From an uncultured beta proteobacterium (GTDB taxonomy: Bacteria; Pseudomonadota; Gammaproteobacteria; Burkholderiales; Usitatibacteraceae), in assembly GCA_963827425.1 (NCBI GenBank), contig CAWHAQ010000002.1, forward strand, positions 515,106 to 579,105: DNA of 64,000 bases. Direction: 5' to 3'. Under the pieces are notes generated by a model. It was not told the DNA's origin. It worked only from the letters and a program-made list of their open reading frames with translations, and did not search any database. This document shows, piece after piece, positions 47,811 through 62,122 of the stretch (position 1 is the first letter of the stretch; every line of letters starts with the position of its first letter). Made by a program: the position numbers and the translations under genes.

Positions 47811-48008
47811 TCAGAGGCCGTTGGGACCGATCCAGCCGAAGTAGTACGAGGCCATGAGCAACGCGAAGACCACCAGCGAGACCGAGATGCGGATGGTGAG
47901 GGCGATCACCGCGCGGTTGGTGCGGCCCTTGTCGCGGTAGACGAAGTACAGGCCCGAGAAGAGGCTCGCGAGCACGACGATGAGCAGGACGACGATGACG
48001 ATGCGCAT
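47811..48008 (-). CDS. Twin transmembrane helix small protein (DUF2909-like)
   Basis: SLFSGL....D......ALTIRI.VS. Confidence 0.85.
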   Translation of the reverse strand: MRIVIVVLLIVVLASLFSGLYFVYRDKGRTNRAVIALTIRISVSLVVFALLMASYYFGWIGPNGL

Positions 48009-48057
48009 GGCGGGGCGGAGGGGGCTCGATCCCCATTCTATTCCCGCGCGCGCGACC

Positions 48058-48770
48058 GTGAGGGCCGGTCGCTACGCCTTCACGCCCGCGCCTCGTGCCG
48101 ACGCTCGCCGCGGCCGCGTTCATCGCGCTCACGGTCTACCTGGGCCGCTGGCAGGCGCACCGCGCCGAGGAGAAGCTCGAGCGCCAGGCCGAATACGACG
48201 CGCGCCTGGAGCAGCCCGCGGTGCGAGCTCGGCGGCTCCGTCGAGTCGGCGGCCGCGATCACCTACCGCCGCGTGCGCGCCGCGGGCCGCTGGCTCGCCG
48301 AGCGCCAGGTCTTCGTCGACAACAAGGTGCACGGCGGGAAAGCCGGGTTCGAGGTCGTGACGCCGCTCGCGATCGCGGGCGGCCATGAAGCCGTGCTCGT
48401 GAACCGCGGCTGGATCGAGCGCGACGCCGGCTATCCGCGCCCGCCGAAGGTCGAGGTGCCGCGCGGGCGAGGTCACGGTGACGGGGCTCGCGACCGAGCC
48501 GCCCGCGCGCTTCCTCGAGCTCGGCCCCGGCGCGATCTCCGGCAACGTCTTCCAGAACCTCACCGTGGAGCGCTTCCGCCAGTGGAGCGGGCTGCGAGTG
48601 CTGCCGCTCGTGGTGCTCGCCGACCAGCCGGGCCCGGGGCTCGCGGCGGTGACGCGAGCAGCCCGACGCCGGCGTGGAGCAGCATCGCCAGTACGAGGCC
48701 ACCTGGTTCCTGCTCGCGGGCACGGCGCTGGTGCTGTGGGTCGCGCTCAACCTGCACCGGCGCGCGATGA
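48058..48770 (+). CDS. SURF1 family protein (multiple indels)
   Basis: LGRWQ..RA.EK, VNRGW, H.QY..TWF across frames. Confidence 0.85.
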
Positions 48771-49327
48771 AGGTCGGCCCGCGCGGCGAAGCTCGTGCTG
48801 GTGATGGCGCTCTTCGCGGCGCCCATCGCGGCCTCGCTGCTCGCCTACCGCTTCGCGCACCCCGTGCCGACCGCGAACCACGGCGAGCTGCTGCTGCCGC
48901 CGGCCCAGGCTCCCGTCGCAGCCGCTCGAGCGCGCGGGCGGCGGCGCGTTCTCGTTCGGCGAGCTGCGCGGACGCTGGGTGCTGGTCGCGGCGGACTCGG
49001 GTGCCTGCCCGAGGCCTGCCAGCGCAAGCTCTATCTCGTGCGCCAGGTGCGGCTCGCGATGGGGCGCAACGCCGAGCGCATCGCCCGCGTCTTCGTGGCC
49101 GACGACGGGAAGGCGCCGGACGCGGCGGCGCTCGCCCCCTATGCCGGCACGGAGGTCGTCCTGCGCCCGCCGGAGGCCGCGCCGGCACCGATCCTGCGCG
49201 ACCGGAGCCACGTCTACCTGGTGGATCCGCACGGCAACGTGATGATGCGCTGGGACGCCAGCCGCGGCCGCCGAAGGGCATGATCCGCGACCTGGAATTG
49301 CTGCTGCGCGCCTCGCAGATCGGCTGA
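48767..49327 (+). CDS. Membrane-anchored thioredoxin/SCO-like cox accessory protein (indels)
   Basis: NHGELL, C..AC..KLY..RQVR, YLVDPHGNVMMR, DL..LL.AS.IG. Confidence 0.78.
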   Translation: MKVGPRGEARAGDGALRGAHRGLAARLPLRAPRADREPRRAAAAAGPGSRRSRSSARAAARSRSASCADAGCWSRRTRVPARGLPAQALSRAPGAARDGAQRRAHRPRLRGRRREGAGRGGARPLCRHGGRPAPAGGRAGTDPARPEPRLPGGSARQRDDALGRQPRPPKGMIRDLELLLRASQIG

Positions 49328-49346
49328 CTTATAATTACGGGTTCCC

Positions 49347-50251
49347 ATGCTGCAAGCCACCGTCTCCTCGCACCAGCCCGGCATCGGCGTCCAGTTCTGG
49401 CGCCTCACCAAGCCGCGCGTGGTCTCGCTCATCGTCTTCACCGCGGTGATCGGGATGCTGCTCGCCGCACCCGGGCTGCCGCCGCTCGCCACCGTCGCCT
49501 ACGCCACGGCCGGCATCGCGCTGGTGGCGGGGGCCGCGGCGGCCTTCAACTGCCTGGTCGAGCAGAAGCTGGACGCGGTGATGGCGCGCACGCGCGGCGC
49601 GGCCGACGGTGGCGGGCACCATCTCGTCCACGCAGATCGTGATGTTCGCGGGCGGCGTGGGCGGCCTCGGGCCTCGCGATCCTCTGGCACGCGGTGAACC
49701 CGCTCACCATGTGGCTCACGCTCGGCACGTTCGTGGGCTACGCCGTGGTCTACACGGTGCTGCTCAAGCCCAACACGCCGCAGAACATCGTGATCGGCGG
49801 CGCCTCGGGCGCCATGCCGCCGGTGCTCGGATGGGCGGCGGTCACGGGCGACGTGACGTTCCAGCCGCTGCTGCTCTTCCTCATCATCTTCGCGTGGACG
49901 CCGCCGCATTTCTGGGCGCTCGCGCTCTACCGGCGCAAGGAGTATGCGAAGGCGGGCATCCCGATGCTGCCGGTCACGCACGGCGAGGAGTACACGCGCC
50001 TGCACCTGCTGCTCTACACGCTGCTGCTGGTGGCGGCCACGCTGCTGCCCTTCGCCACGCACATGGCGGGCTGGTTCTACCTGGGCGCGGCGGCGATGCT
50101 GGACGCCGTGTTCCTGGGCTATGCGATCGCCATCTGGCGCCGCTACAGCGACGCGCTCGCGAAGCGCACCTTCGCGCTACTCGATCTTCTACCTCGCGAT
50201 GCTCTTCGCGGCGCTGATGGTGGATCACTACCTTCCGCTCTGCGCGCGTGA
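49347..50251 (+). CDS. ctaB: Protoheme IX farnesyltransferase (indels)
   Basis: [31 protein letters not shown]. Confidence 0.92.
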
Positions 50252-50857
50252 GCGCGCATTCGCGCCTTCGTCCTCGCGGCGCTCGCCGCGCTGCTCCTCG
50301 CCACCGCCGCCTGCGACAAGCTCTCGCCGCCGAGGAGCCCGTTCCACGGCACCGACGTCACCGGCCTCGACATCCCGAGGCCTGCAGCTCACCGACACAG
50401 CGGCCGGGCACGCTCGCTCGCCGAGTTCCGCAGCAAGGTGGTGGTCGTGATCTTCGGCTACACGCAGTGCCCGGACGTGTGCCCGACGACGCTGCGCGAC
50501 ATGCGCAGGCGATGAAGGAGCTGGGCAAGGACGCCTCGCAGGTGCAGGTGCTCTTCGTGACGGTCGACCCGAAGCGCGACAAGCCGCGAGCTGCTGCGCC
50601 AGTACGTGCGGCGCCTTCGACCCGCGCTTCATCGGCCTGCGCGGGCGACGGGCGACGCGCTCGCACCGCGTGGCGAAGGACTTCAAGATCTACGTCGCAG
50701 CCGCCCCGGCCGCACGCCCGACAGCTACACCGTGGACCACAGCTCGCAGGTCTTCGTCTTCGACCGCAGCGGCAAGCTGCGCCTGATGATCAACGCCGGG
50801 ACGCCTTCGGCGAATCGCTCGGACTGCGGGTGTTCTGGACAATTGAGCAGCGAGTGA
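50248..50857 (+). CDS. SCO family copper chaperone (indels)
   Basis: [24 protein letters not shown]. Confidence 0.85.
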
Positions 50858-50976
50858 GCGGGCCAAGATCTTGGAAGCGCAGATGACGCCGATCCGGCGC
50901 GATGAAGGCAGACCCTATCGGGTGGCAAGAAGGGGTTTCATCCGCGCCAGCGCGAGAAGGGGGTCAGCGGCGCAGC

Positions 50977-51001
50977 AAAAAAAACGGGGCCGAAGCCCCG
51001 T
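50977..51001 (-). terminator. Rho-independent terminator after rpoH
   Basis: ACGGGGC-TTCG-GCCCCGT followed by a T run on the minus strand. Confidence 0.85.
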
Positions 51002-51025
51002 CATCTTCACAAAAAACGCTTGGCG

Positions 51026-51890
51026 TCAGACGCAGCGCCGCGAGCTCCTTCTTCATCTTCTGCATGGCCTTGGCCTCGATCTGGCGGATGCGCTCGGCCG
51101 AGACGCCGAACTCGTCGGCGAGCTCGTGCAGCGTCTTCGGGTCCGACTCGGCGAGCCAGCGCGCACGGATGATGCGGCGGCTGCGCTCGTCGAGGCTGTC
51201 CAGCGCGCTGCACCAGGCCCTCGGCCTTGAGGCCCTCGGCCTGCTCGCGCTCGAAGAGGTCCGCCGGGCCCTCGGCCGGTGTCGGCGAGGTAGGTGATCG
51301 GCGTGACGAGGTTGTCGTCGCCGAGTCGTCCGGGCCGCGCCTCGAGGGCGACGTCGCCGCCCTGCAGGCGCTGCTCCATCTCGATCACCTCGCTCTCCTT
51401 CACGTTGAGCGTCTGCGCCACCTGCCGGATCTCCTTGCGGGGTGAGCGCGGCCATGGTGGGCTTCATGCTGCGCAGGTTGAAGAAGAGCTTCCTCTGCGC
51501 CTTGGTGGTGGCGATCTTCACCATCCGCCAGTTGCGCAGGATGTATTCGTGGATCTCGGCCTTGATCCAGTGGATGGCGAAGGACGCGAGGCGCACGCCG
51601 CGCTCCGGGTCGAAGCGCTTCACGGCCTTCATGAGCCCGATGTTGCCTTCCTGCACGAGGTCCGCCTGCGGCAGGCCGTAGCCCATGTAGTTGCGCGCGA
51701 CCGACACGACGAGGCGCAGGTGCGAGAGCACCATGTCGCTGGCGGCGGTGAGGTCGTTCTGTTCCTTCAAGCGACGCCCCAGCTCCTGCTCGCGCTGCTG
51801 CGTGAGCATGGGAATGGCGTTCGCGGCCTGGACATAGGCTTCCAGGCTGGAGACCGGGGGCAACGTTGCCGGCAGGGTGAGGGTGGTCAT
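51026..51890 (-). CDS. rpoH: RNA polymerase sigma-32 (indels; 3' end approximate)
   Basis: DLVQEGNIGLMKAV, RpoH box QRKLFFNLR, SAERIRQIE. Confidence 0.93.
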
Positions 51891-51922
51891 CGGTACTGGG
51901 AATCCTCCTCGGTTGGTCCATC

Positions 51923-51949
51923 TTAGCACTCGTCCATTTGGAGTGCTAA
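51923..51949. promoter_or_regulatory. CIRCE element (HrcA operator) upstream of rpoH
   Basis: Perfect TTAGCACTC-N9-GAGTGCTAA. Confidence 0.95.
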
Positions 51950-51970
51950 CCCGCCCGAAGGTTCCCTTTC

Positions 51971-52886
51971 TTACCGGTCCGTGGCGAAGCGCCGCAGCTC
52001 TCGCGAGACCGCCGTCCACGCCCCCAGCAGGCCCAGGAGCGCTGCCCCGCCGACCAGTGCGATTCTCTCGATGGGGGTCAGGAAAACTACCTTCAATTCA
52101 GTGGCATAACTCGGAGTGAGCACCAACAATTCAGCCCCTAGCCAGGCGGCCACGGCGCCCGCCAGCGCCCCAGGCCGCGGCGCCTGCCAGGAAGCCCTGC
52201 AGCGCGCCGTGGTAGAGGAACGGGCCGGCGGACGTCGGCGGCGGTCGCGCCGATCAGCTGGCTCACCTCGATCTCCTGGCGCTGGGTGACAACCTGCAGC
52301 CGGATCAGGTGGGCCACGATGAACGCCACCGCCCCGCCCAGCAGGACGCCGATACCGATCACCACGCGCTCGCCGAAGCGGGCCAGGCGCGCGAGGCGCT
52401 CGGACCATTCGAAGTCGGCAACCACCTGGTCCACCTTGGGCAGCGCGCTCCAGGCCGCGCGCACGGCGCCGATGCGCGCGGCGTCGGTGGTGCGCATGCG
52501 GACGGTGAACGCGTCCGGCAGCGGGATTGCGGTCGAGGCTGCCGAGGAGGTCGGCCAGGTGCGTGGTGGACTTGAGCTCGGCCAGCGCCTCGGCGCGCGG
52601 GATGAAGCGCACGGCGGAGACATCCGGCGTGGCCCGCAGCGCGTCGCCCACGCGCTTCGCGTCGGCATCGGCCGCGTCGAGCGTGAGGTAGACGTTCACG
52701 TGCGGCTCGGTGTCGAAGCTCGCGGTGGTCGCCGCCACGCTCTGCAGGATCACGGCCGCCACGCACGGCAGCGCGATCGCGATGCCGAGCACGAGCACCG
52801 AGAGAAGCGATCGCCACGGGCTGGGCGCCCATGCGGCGCAGCGCATCGCCGAGGGCGTGGCCGTGGCGGCGCAGCCCCCGGATCAT
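51971..52886 (-). CDS. ftsX: Cell division permease FtsX (indels)
   Basis: IALP, NPLP-like segment, IRL...EIEV..LIGAT...RP; follows ftsE. Confidence 0.88.
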
Positions 52887-53544
52887 GCGGCCCCGGCTCC
52901 CGCGACGAGGCCCGCGGCGAGCGTCACGCGGCGGCAGCCCAGCCGGGCGAGGCTCGCCTCGTCGTGCGTCGCGAGCAGCACCGTGACGCCCACCTGGTGG
53001 AAGGAGGCGAAGAGCTCGACGATGGCGCGCGCGTAGTCGGCGTCGAGGTTGCCCGTGGGCTCGTCGGCCACCAGGATCAGCGGGCGGTTGACGATCGCCC
53101 GCGCGATGCACAGGCGCTGCTGCTCGCCGCCCGAGAGCGTCACCGGCATCGCCTTCTCGCGCGCGAGCAGGCCCACCTTGTCCAGCGCCGCGCGCACGCG
53201 CCGCGCCGCCTCCTCGCGCGCGAAGCCCGCGATGCGCAGCGGCAGCGCCACGTTCTCGAAGGCGGTGCGGTCGTAGAGCAGCTTGTGGTCCTGGAACACG
53301 AAGCCGATGCGCCGCCGCAGGACCGCGAGCGCCGATTCGCCCAGCGCGCCCAGGTTCTGGCCCTGCACCACGACGGTCCCGCTCGTGGCGCGCTCGATGC
53401 CCGCGGCGAGCTTCAGCAGCGTGGACTTGCCCGCGCCCGAGCGCCCGGTGATCGCGACCATCTCGCCCGTGCCCACCTCGAGGCTCACGCCACGCAGCGC
53501 CTCGAGGCCGCCGGGGTAGCGCTTGGCGACCGACGAGAAGCGGA

Positions 53545-53548
<4 letters not shown>
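52883..53548 (-). CDS. ftsE: Cell division ATPase FtsE
   Basis: [33 protein letters not shown]. Confidence 0.93.
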
Positions 53549-54498
<950 letters not shown>

Positions 54499-54566
54499 CG
54501 GGAGCGGCCCGGGCGGGCCGGTGAGCGAGAGGGAACGCCGATATTTTACGTTATGATGCCCCGACG

Positions 54567-55920
<1,354 letters not shown>

Positions 55921-55921
55921 C

Positions 55922-57877
55922 CTAGGCGAGCGAGCGCTCCGCCTGCACCGCGCCCAGCGCTTGCAGGCGCTGCGCGAAGGCCTCCAGGCGCTCGCGCTGC
56001 GCGGCCACCTCCGCCGCGATCGCCTCGAGCTCGGCCCGGCGCTCGACGAGGTTGGTCTCGGCGTCCTGGATGCGGCCCATGCCCTCGATCCGGCTGTTGG
56101 CGTGCTCCTGGAAGGAGTTCACCTGCGACTCGAGAGGGCGCACGAAGGCGTTCATCCAGGTGCGCGTCTCGCGGTCGGCGATCTCGAAGACGCGCACCAT
56201 CTGCTGCGCCACGGTGTCGAAGAAGAGCGCGGCGAGGGTCTTCCTGCGGTGCAGGATCAGGCTCGCGGTGCTGCCGAAGTCGCGCTCGCAGCGCTCCTCG
56301 ATGCGGTCGATCTCGACCAGGAAGCGCTCGGTCGTGAACTCGGTGCCCTCGATGCTCGCCATGCGGTAGTCGCGGGCGAAGTTGCGGCTCTGCGCCACGA
56401 GCGAGTCGCGCACCTCGGCGATGCTGTGCACGGCCGTGGTCATGCGGCTGCGCGAGTGCGCGAAGAAGCCGTCCAGCGCCTCGCCGATGCCCTTCGAGAA
56501 CGCGCTCGCCACCACGGCGCGGCGCGCCTCGACGCCGGCGCTGCGGATGTCGTCGGGGTCGAGCAGCCGCGTGAGCTCGTCGGCGAAGCGCCCGTGCAGC
56601 GACTTGAGCCCCATCAGCATCGCGCGCGCCTGCTCGATGCGCGAGCGCTCGAGGGACGCCTTCTTCGCGAGCGTCTCGACGAGCTTCTGGTTCTTGTCCT
56701 GCAGCGCCGCGAGCGCCTCGGCCTGCTCGCGCGTGTAGTCGAGGCGGCTCGCGAGGAGCGTCCGCGCCTCGGCGAACACGCCGCGCAGCTCCGCCTGCAC
56801 GGCGCGCGCCTGATCCAGGCGGCGCCCGTGCACCGTGCCCTTCGCGAGCGCCTGCTCGAGGCGGTACATGCGACTCTTGAGGAGGGCGTCGCCGTCGCCC
56901 GAGATGCGCGCCTCGAGCGCCCGGCGCGCCGACAGGGCGAAGATGCGCGTGGGGTCGACGGCGAGCGCCTCGGCGGTGGAGCGCACCTGCCGGTCGATCT
57001 CGGCCAGTACCTGGGCCTCGCCGCGGCCTGCGTCGCGCAGCATGTCGACCTTGTTCAGCACCACGAAGCAATTGCGGTCCAGCCCGTCGATGGGCGCGAT
57101 GTGCTCGGACCACAGGTCAGCGTCGCCCTGCGCGAGGCCGGTCTCGGCGGTGAGCATGAAGACGATCGCCGCGGCGTCGGGCACGCGGCGCAGCGTCAGC
57201 TCGGGCTCGGTGCCCAGCGTGTTGTGGCCCGGCGTGTCGAGGATGGCGAGGCCGGCGGCGAGCATCGGGTGGGGCAGGTTCACGAGCGCGTAACGCCAGC
57301 GCGGGATGCGCACGAGCCCGGCGTCCTCGACCTGGAAGCCCAGGTCGGCAGCGCGCGCGGCGTCGACCTCGATGGATTCGGTCACCGCGTCGAGCGCCGC
57401 GGCGATCGCCTCGGGGTGGGCGGGATCGAGCGCGACCTCGGTCCAGGCGGCCTCGTCCTGGAGGTACTCGCGCAGCGCCCTGGGCGTCTCGCGCGTGCCG
57501 ATGGGCAGCAGGCGGAGCGTGGGCGCGCGCGCCGGGTCCCACGCGATCTCGGTCGCGCAGAGCGTGGTGTGGCCGGGACCCGAGGGCAGCAGCCGGTGGC
57601 CGAGGTCGGCGAAGAAGAGCGCGTTGATGAGCTCGCTCTTGCCGCGCGAATACTCAGCGACGAATGCGAGCGTGAGGCGCTCGGAGGCCACGCGCCGCTC
57701 GAGGTGCGCGAGGCGCGTCGCCGAATGCTCGTCGAGGATGCGCGCGACCACGGCCCAGCGGCGAAAGGCCGTGAGCTCGGCCACCATCGCCTCGCGCCAC
57801 TGGCTGAGCTCCGCCAGAGCGCGCTCGAAGGAGCGCGCGGCCGCGGGCCATGCTCCGGTCGCGTTCAGCGTTGACAT
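55922..57877 (-). CDS. Dynamin-like GTPase
   Basis: G1 AEYSRGKS, G2 TT, G3 DTPG, G4 NKVD; long helical C-terminus. Confidence 0.85.
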   Translation of the reverse strand: MSTLNATGAWPAAARSFERALAELSQWREAMVAELTAFRRWAVVARILDEHSATRLAHLERRVASERLTLAFVAEYSRGKSELINALFFADLGHRLLPSGPGHTTLCATEIAWDPARAPTLRLLPIGTRETPRALREYLQDEAAWTEVALDPAHPEAIAAALDAVTESIEVDAARAADLGFQVEDAGLVRIPRWRYALVNLPHPMLAAGLAILDTPGHNTLGTEPELTLRRVPDAAAIVFMLTAETGLAQGDADLWSEHIAPIDGLDRNCFVVLNKVDMLRDAGRGEAQVLAEIDRQVRSTAEALAVDPTRIFALSARRALEARISGDGDALLKSRMYRLEQALAKGTVHGRRLDQARAVQAELRGVFAEARTLLASRLDYTREQAEALAALQDKNQKLVETLAKKASLERSRIEQARAMLMGLKSLHGRFADELTRLLDPDDIRSAGVEARRAVVASAFSKGIGEALDGFFAHSRSRMTTAVHSIAEVRDSLVAQSRNFARDYRMASIEGTEFTTERFLVEIDRIEERCERDFGSTASLILHRRKTLAALFFDTVAQQMVRVFEIADRETRTWMNAFVRPLESQVNSFQEHANSRIEGMGRIQDAETNLVERRAELEAIAAEVAAQRERLEAFAQRLQALGAVQAERSLA

Positions 57878-58680
57878 TGCGGACAGTAGAAGGTCGAGCG
57901 CTGGCCCTGGCGCAGCTGCCGCACCGGGGTGCCGCACGCGTGGCAGGGCTCGCCCGCGCGCCCGTACACCGCGCACTCGTTCTGGAAGTACCCGGGATGG
58001 CCCTCGGCCGATGCGAAGTCGCGCAGCGTGGTGCCGCCCGCGGCGAGCGCGCGCTCGAGCGTGGCGCGCACGCTGTCCGCGAGCCGGTCCCAGCGCTCGC
58101 GCGAGATGCGTCCGGCTGCACGCAGCGGGTGGATGCCGGCATGGAACAGCGCCTCGCTCGCGTAGATGTTGCCCACGCCCGTGACCACGTGCGCATCCAT
58201 CAGGAAATGCTTCACCGCCACGCGCCGGCCGCGTGCGCGCTCGTGCAGAGCCGCGCCGGTGAAGGCGTCGTCGAAGGGCTCGAGGCCGAGGCCGCGCAGG
58301 AGCACGTGCTCCTCGGCATCGCCGCGCACCCACAGCATCGCGCCGAAGCGCCGCGGGTCGGTGAGGCGCAGCAGGCGCTCGCCCTCGAAACGGACGTCGA
58401 CGTGATCGTGGCGGCGCGCGGGCTCCCCCACGGGCACGAGCGTGAGGCGTCCCGACATCCCCAGGTGGACCAGCAGGTGGCCGCGGCGGCAATCGAAGAG
58501 CAGGTACTTGCCGCGCCGGCGCACGTCGAGCACTTCCTCGCCCTGAAGGATTCGCGCAAGGTCGGCAGGCACGGGCCAGCGGAGCGCCGCATTGCGCACC
58601 ACGACGCCGCGGATGCGCCGGCCCACCACGTGGGGCAGGAGTCCGCGCCGCGTGGTCTCGACTTCCGGGAGCTCGGGCAT
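57865..58680 (-). CDS. mutM: Formamidopyrimidine-DNA glycosylase
   Basis: [19 protein letters not shown]-terminal zinc finger. Confidence 0.96.
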   Translation of the reverse strand: MPELPEVETTRRGLLPHVVGRRIRGVVVRNAALRWPVPADLARILQGEEVLDVRRRGKYLLFDCRRGHLLVHLGMSGRLTLVPVGEPARRHDHVDVRFEGERLLRLTDPRRFGAMLWVRGDAEEHVLLRGLGLEPFDDAFTGAALHERARGRRVAVKHFLMDAHVVTGVGNIYASEALFHAGIHPLRAAGRISRERWDRLADSVRATLERALAAGGTTLRDFASAEGHPGYFQNECAVYGRAGEPCHACGTPVRQLRQGQRSTFYCPQCQR

Positions 58681-58850
58681 GGTAGCGAGGGCTTGAAATT
58701 CAACGACTTTCGAGAGCGTGATTATACGTGCGTCGCCCGCGCCTACAGGCGTCATCCGGAATCGATTACAGGGAACGTCGGGGCTCGCGGAATCGTTCTA
58801 TGATTAGGTGTCGCGAGGCGCGCATCCGGCGCTTCCAGGAGTCCGGAAAC

Positions 58851-60542
58851 ATGGTGTCGAGGAAGTGGTGGTGGGCGGCGGCGGTCGCGTTGGCGGCCCT
58901 GGCGGGCGCTCCCGCGTGGGCGAATGACGAGGGGACCACACCGGCGGGCGATTCGGCCGACGACGGCCCGAGCGGTCAGGATGCGATGTTCGAGTACCTG
59001 GTCGCGGAATTCGCCGCCGAGCGCGGCGACGTGGACGGCGCACTCGCCATCTACGAGCGGCTCGCGAAGGAGCTGCACGATCCGGCCATCGCCAAGCGTG
59101 CCGTGGAAACCGCGATCCGCGCCCGCGAGTTCGGCCCGGCCCTCGAGAACGCCACGCTGCTCCTCGAGCTCGATCCCGATTCCACCCTCGCGCGCGAGAT
59201 CATGGCGGCGCTGCTCGCCAATGACGGCGATCTCGCCAAGGCGCGCGGGCTGCTCGAGGGCATCCTCGCCAAGACCGAGAACCGCGGCCCGATCCTGATG
59301 CAGCTCGCCCACCTCTTCGGCAAGTTCCGCGACAAGGCGGCGGTGCTGGAGGCCACGCGTGCCGTAACCGAACCCTACAGTGAGATGCCCGAGGCGCGCT
59401 ACGCGAACGGCGTGGCCGCGCTCCTCGCCGGCAACACGGAGCTCGCGACCAAGGAAGCGGATGCGGCGCTCGAGGCGAAGGCCGGCTGGGAGCCCGGCGC
59501 GATCCTCAAGGCGCAGATCCTGCGCAAGACGAGCCCGGATGCCGTCGTGCCCTTCTACGAGGCGTTCGTCGCCGCGCACCCGGATGCCGTCGAGGTCCGC
59601 ATGCAGCTTGGGCGCGAGCTCGCCGCCGACCGCAAGCTCGCCGAGGCGCGCGAGCAGTTCCGCGCGGCCGCCAAGCTCTCGGGCAACGACGCGCAGGCGG
59701 CCTATGCGATCGGGCTGCTCTCCCTGCAGCTCGAGGACTACGGCGACGCGCAGACCGAATTCACGCGCGCGCTCAAGCTCAACTACCGCGAGCCCGCCGC
59801 GATCTACCTCGGGCTCGGCCAGGCGGCCGAGGGGCTCAAGCGCTACGACGAGGCGATCGACTGGTACAAGCGCGTGGACTCGGGCGACTGGGTGCGCGCG
59901 CAGTTGAAGATCGCGACCCTCATCGCGCGCCAGCAGGGCCTCGCCGCGGGGCGCGACTACCTGCGCAAGATCGAGCCCAAGTCCTCCGACGACACCATCC
60001 AGATCATCCAGGTCGAGGCGCAGCTGCTGCGCGATGCCAAGCAGTGGCGCGAGACCTACGACATGCTCTCGCAGGCGGTCGCCAAGTATCCGGACTCCTA
60101 CGAGCTGCTCTACGACCGCGCCATGTCCGCCGAGCGCATCGACAAGCTCGACGTGATGGAGGCGGATCTCAAGAAGGTGATCGAGATGAAGCCCGACTAC
60201 GCGCATGCGTACAACGCGCTGGGCTACACGCTCGCCGAGAAGACCAACCGCCTCGCCGAGGCGCGCGAGCTGATCGAGAAGGCCTACAAGCTGCTGCCCG
60301 ACGACCCGTTCATCATGGACAGCATGGGATGGGTGGAATACCGGCTCGGCCACACGCAGGAAGCGTTGAAGCAGCTGCAGATGGCGTACACCTCGCGGCC
60401 CGATCCCGAGATCGCCGCGCACCTGGGCGAGGTGCTCTGGAAGAGCGGGCAGCGCGACGAGGCGCAGAAGATCTGGCGTGCCGCGCTCTCGGAGAACCCG
60501 AACCACGAGGCCCTCCTCGCGGTGATCCAGAAGTACCACTGA
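58851..60542 (+). CDS. Exported TPR-repeat protein
   Basis: Signal peptide; NALGY, DSMGW, EIAAHLGE repeats; conserved position upstream of lolB. Confidence 0.9.
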   Translation: MVSRKWWWAAAVALAALAGAPAWANDEGTTPAGDSADDGPSGQDAMFEYLVAEFAAERGDVDGALAIYERLAKELHDPAIAKRAVETAIRAREFGPALENATLLLELDPDSTLAREIMAALLANDGDLAKARGLLEGILAKTENRGPILMQLAHLFGKFRDKAAVLEATRAVTEPYSEMPEARYANGVAALLAGNTELATKEADAALEAKAGWEPGAILKAQILRKTSPDAVVPFYEAFVAAHPDAVEVRMQLGRELAADRKLAEAREQFRAAAKLSGNDAQAAYAIGLLSLQLEDYGDAQTEFTRALKLNYREPAAIYLGLGQAAEGLKRYDEAIDWYKRVDSGDWVRAQLKIATLIARQQGLAAGRDYLRKIEPKSSDDTIQIIQVEAQLLRDAKQWRETYDMLSQAVAKYPDSYELLYDRAMSAERIDKLDVMEADLKKVIEMKPDYAHAYNALGYTLAEKTNRLAEARELIEKAYKLLPDDPFIMDSMGWVEYRLGHTQEALKQLQMAYTSRPDPEIAAHLGEVLWKSGQRDEAQKIWRAALSENPNHEALLAVIQKYH

Positions 60543-60567
60543 CCCGAACCCGCCTCCGGGGGCCGCG

Positions 60568-61095
60568 ATGATTGCACGCCTCGCGGCCGCCGCAACACTC
60601 CTCCTGCTCGCCGCCTGCGCGGCGTTCGCCCCGCCCGAGGTCCCCGCGCCGCAGCTCGCGGGCGTTCCGCAATCGTTCGAGATGACCGGCCGGCTCGCGC
60701 TGCGCCGCGGCCAGGAGAGCGAGATCGCGCAGCTGCGCTGGACGCGCCGCGGCGGCGCGGATACCTGGGTGCTCGCCTCGCCGCTCGGCAACGAGGTGGC
60801 GCGCATCGAGTCCACGGCGAAGGGCGCCACGCTCTACCAAGCGGGCGGCGGCGGCGTGCAGTCCGACAGCTTCGAGGACCTCACCGACCGCGTGCTCGGC
60901 GTGGGGCTCGATCCCGCGATGCTCGCGCAGGCGCTGCACGGCCAGGCGCCGCGCGGCGTGCCCGAGGGCTGGCGCTTCACCATCGACGAGACCCAGCCCG
61001 CCGGCGCGGTCACGCTCGCCAAGCGCATCACCGTGACCGACGGGCGCACGACTGTGAAGCTCGTGGTCGACACCTACCAGGCGCTCGCCGACTGA
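60568..61095 (+). CDS. lolB: Outer membrane lipoprotein LolB
   Basis: Lipobox LAAC, GR, SPLG; TPR-lolB-ispE synteny. Confidence 0.8.
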   Translation: MIARLAAAATLLLLAACAAFAPPEVPAPQLAGVPQSFEMTGRLALRRGQESEIAQLRWTRRGGADTWVLASPLGNEVARIESTAKGATLYQAGGGGVQSDSFEDLTDRVLGVGLDPAMLAQALHGQAPRGVPEGWRFTIDETQPAGAVTLAKRITVTDGRTTVKLVVDTYQALAD

Positions 61096-61096
61096 C

Positions 61097-61974
61097 GTGC
61101 AGCTCCCGGGACCCGATTACCTCGCGCCGGCCAAGCTCAACCTCTTCCTGCACGTGGTGGGGCGGCGCGCCGACGGCTACCACCTGCTGCAGAGCGTCTT
61201 CGTCCTGATCGACCATTGCGACCGCATCCGCATCCGGGTGCGTAGCGACGGCGTCATCGCGCGCTTGAACGACGTGCCCGGCGTACCGCCCGAGGAAGAT
61301 CTCGCGGTGCGGGCGGCCCGGCGCCTGAAGGAAGCGAGCGGCACGCCCCTCGGCGCCGACCTCGAGGTGGACAAGCGCATCCCGATGGGCGGCGGGCTGG
61401 GCGGCGGAAGCTCCGACGCGGCGACGGTCCTGGTGGCGCTGGACCGCCTCTGGGCCACGAACCTCGGGCGCGGACGCGCTGCGCGGCCTGGGCATGGGGC
61501 TCGGGGCCGACGTGCCCTTCTTCCTCTTCGGCCGATCCGCGTGGGCCGAGGGCATCGGCGAGCGGCTTTTTCCCGTCGAGGTGGCAGCGCGCTGGTACCT
61601 GGTGCTGGTGCCCCCCGTGGCCGGTCCCGACCCCCCTGGTTTTCGCCGCCCCGGAATTGACCCGGAACACGGAAGCCCTTAAAATGGAAGACTTTTCGGC
61701 TGAGCCTTGGTCGTCACAGTGGCGCAACGATCTCGCGCCCGTGGTCCTCGCACAGTTTCCCGCCGTGCGTGAGCATTTCGAATGGCTCGCGCAACGCGGG
61801 CAAGCGCGCATGACCGGGTCGGGCGGCTGCGTCTTCGCGGCGTTCGCGAGCCGCGATGAGGCGCAGGCGCTGCTGGACCAGCTGCCGGAAGGAATGCAGG
61901 GATTCATCGCGCAGGGCCTCGCCCGGCATCCATTGGGCGCGAGGGATTGCGGAACGACGCACGCAACAGATTGA
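61097..61974 (+). CDS. ispE: 4-diphosphocytidyl-2-C-methyl-D-erythritol kinase (indels)
   Basis: [32 protein letters not shown]. Confidence 0.93.
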
Positions 61975-62003
61975 GCACCCGCGCCGGATTGCGGCGCGGC
62001 CGT

Positions 62004-62080
62004 AGGGGAGTCGCCAAGTTGGTTAAGGCACCGGATTTTGATTCCGGCATTCGAGGGTTCGAATCCTTCCTCCCCTGCCA
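62004..62080 (+). tRNA. tRNA-Gln(TTG)
   Basis: Cloverleaf with AGGGGAG/CTCCCCT acceptor stem, anticodon TTG at 62038-62040, TTCGAAT loop, CCA end. Confidence 0.97.
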
Positions 62081-62122
62081 TTTTTTTGATTTGCACCTCG
62101 CGCAAGGGAGCCGCCGAGTCCG

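Noticed and set aside
50875-50950. Imperfect palindrome between the SCO gene and rpoH
   Set aside because: Short, mismatched and single-copy in the window; cannot be told from chance.
62004-62080. tRNA-Gln as an island integration site
   Set aside because: Flanked by the conserved ispE and prs genes; no integrase or duplicated 3' end seen in the window.
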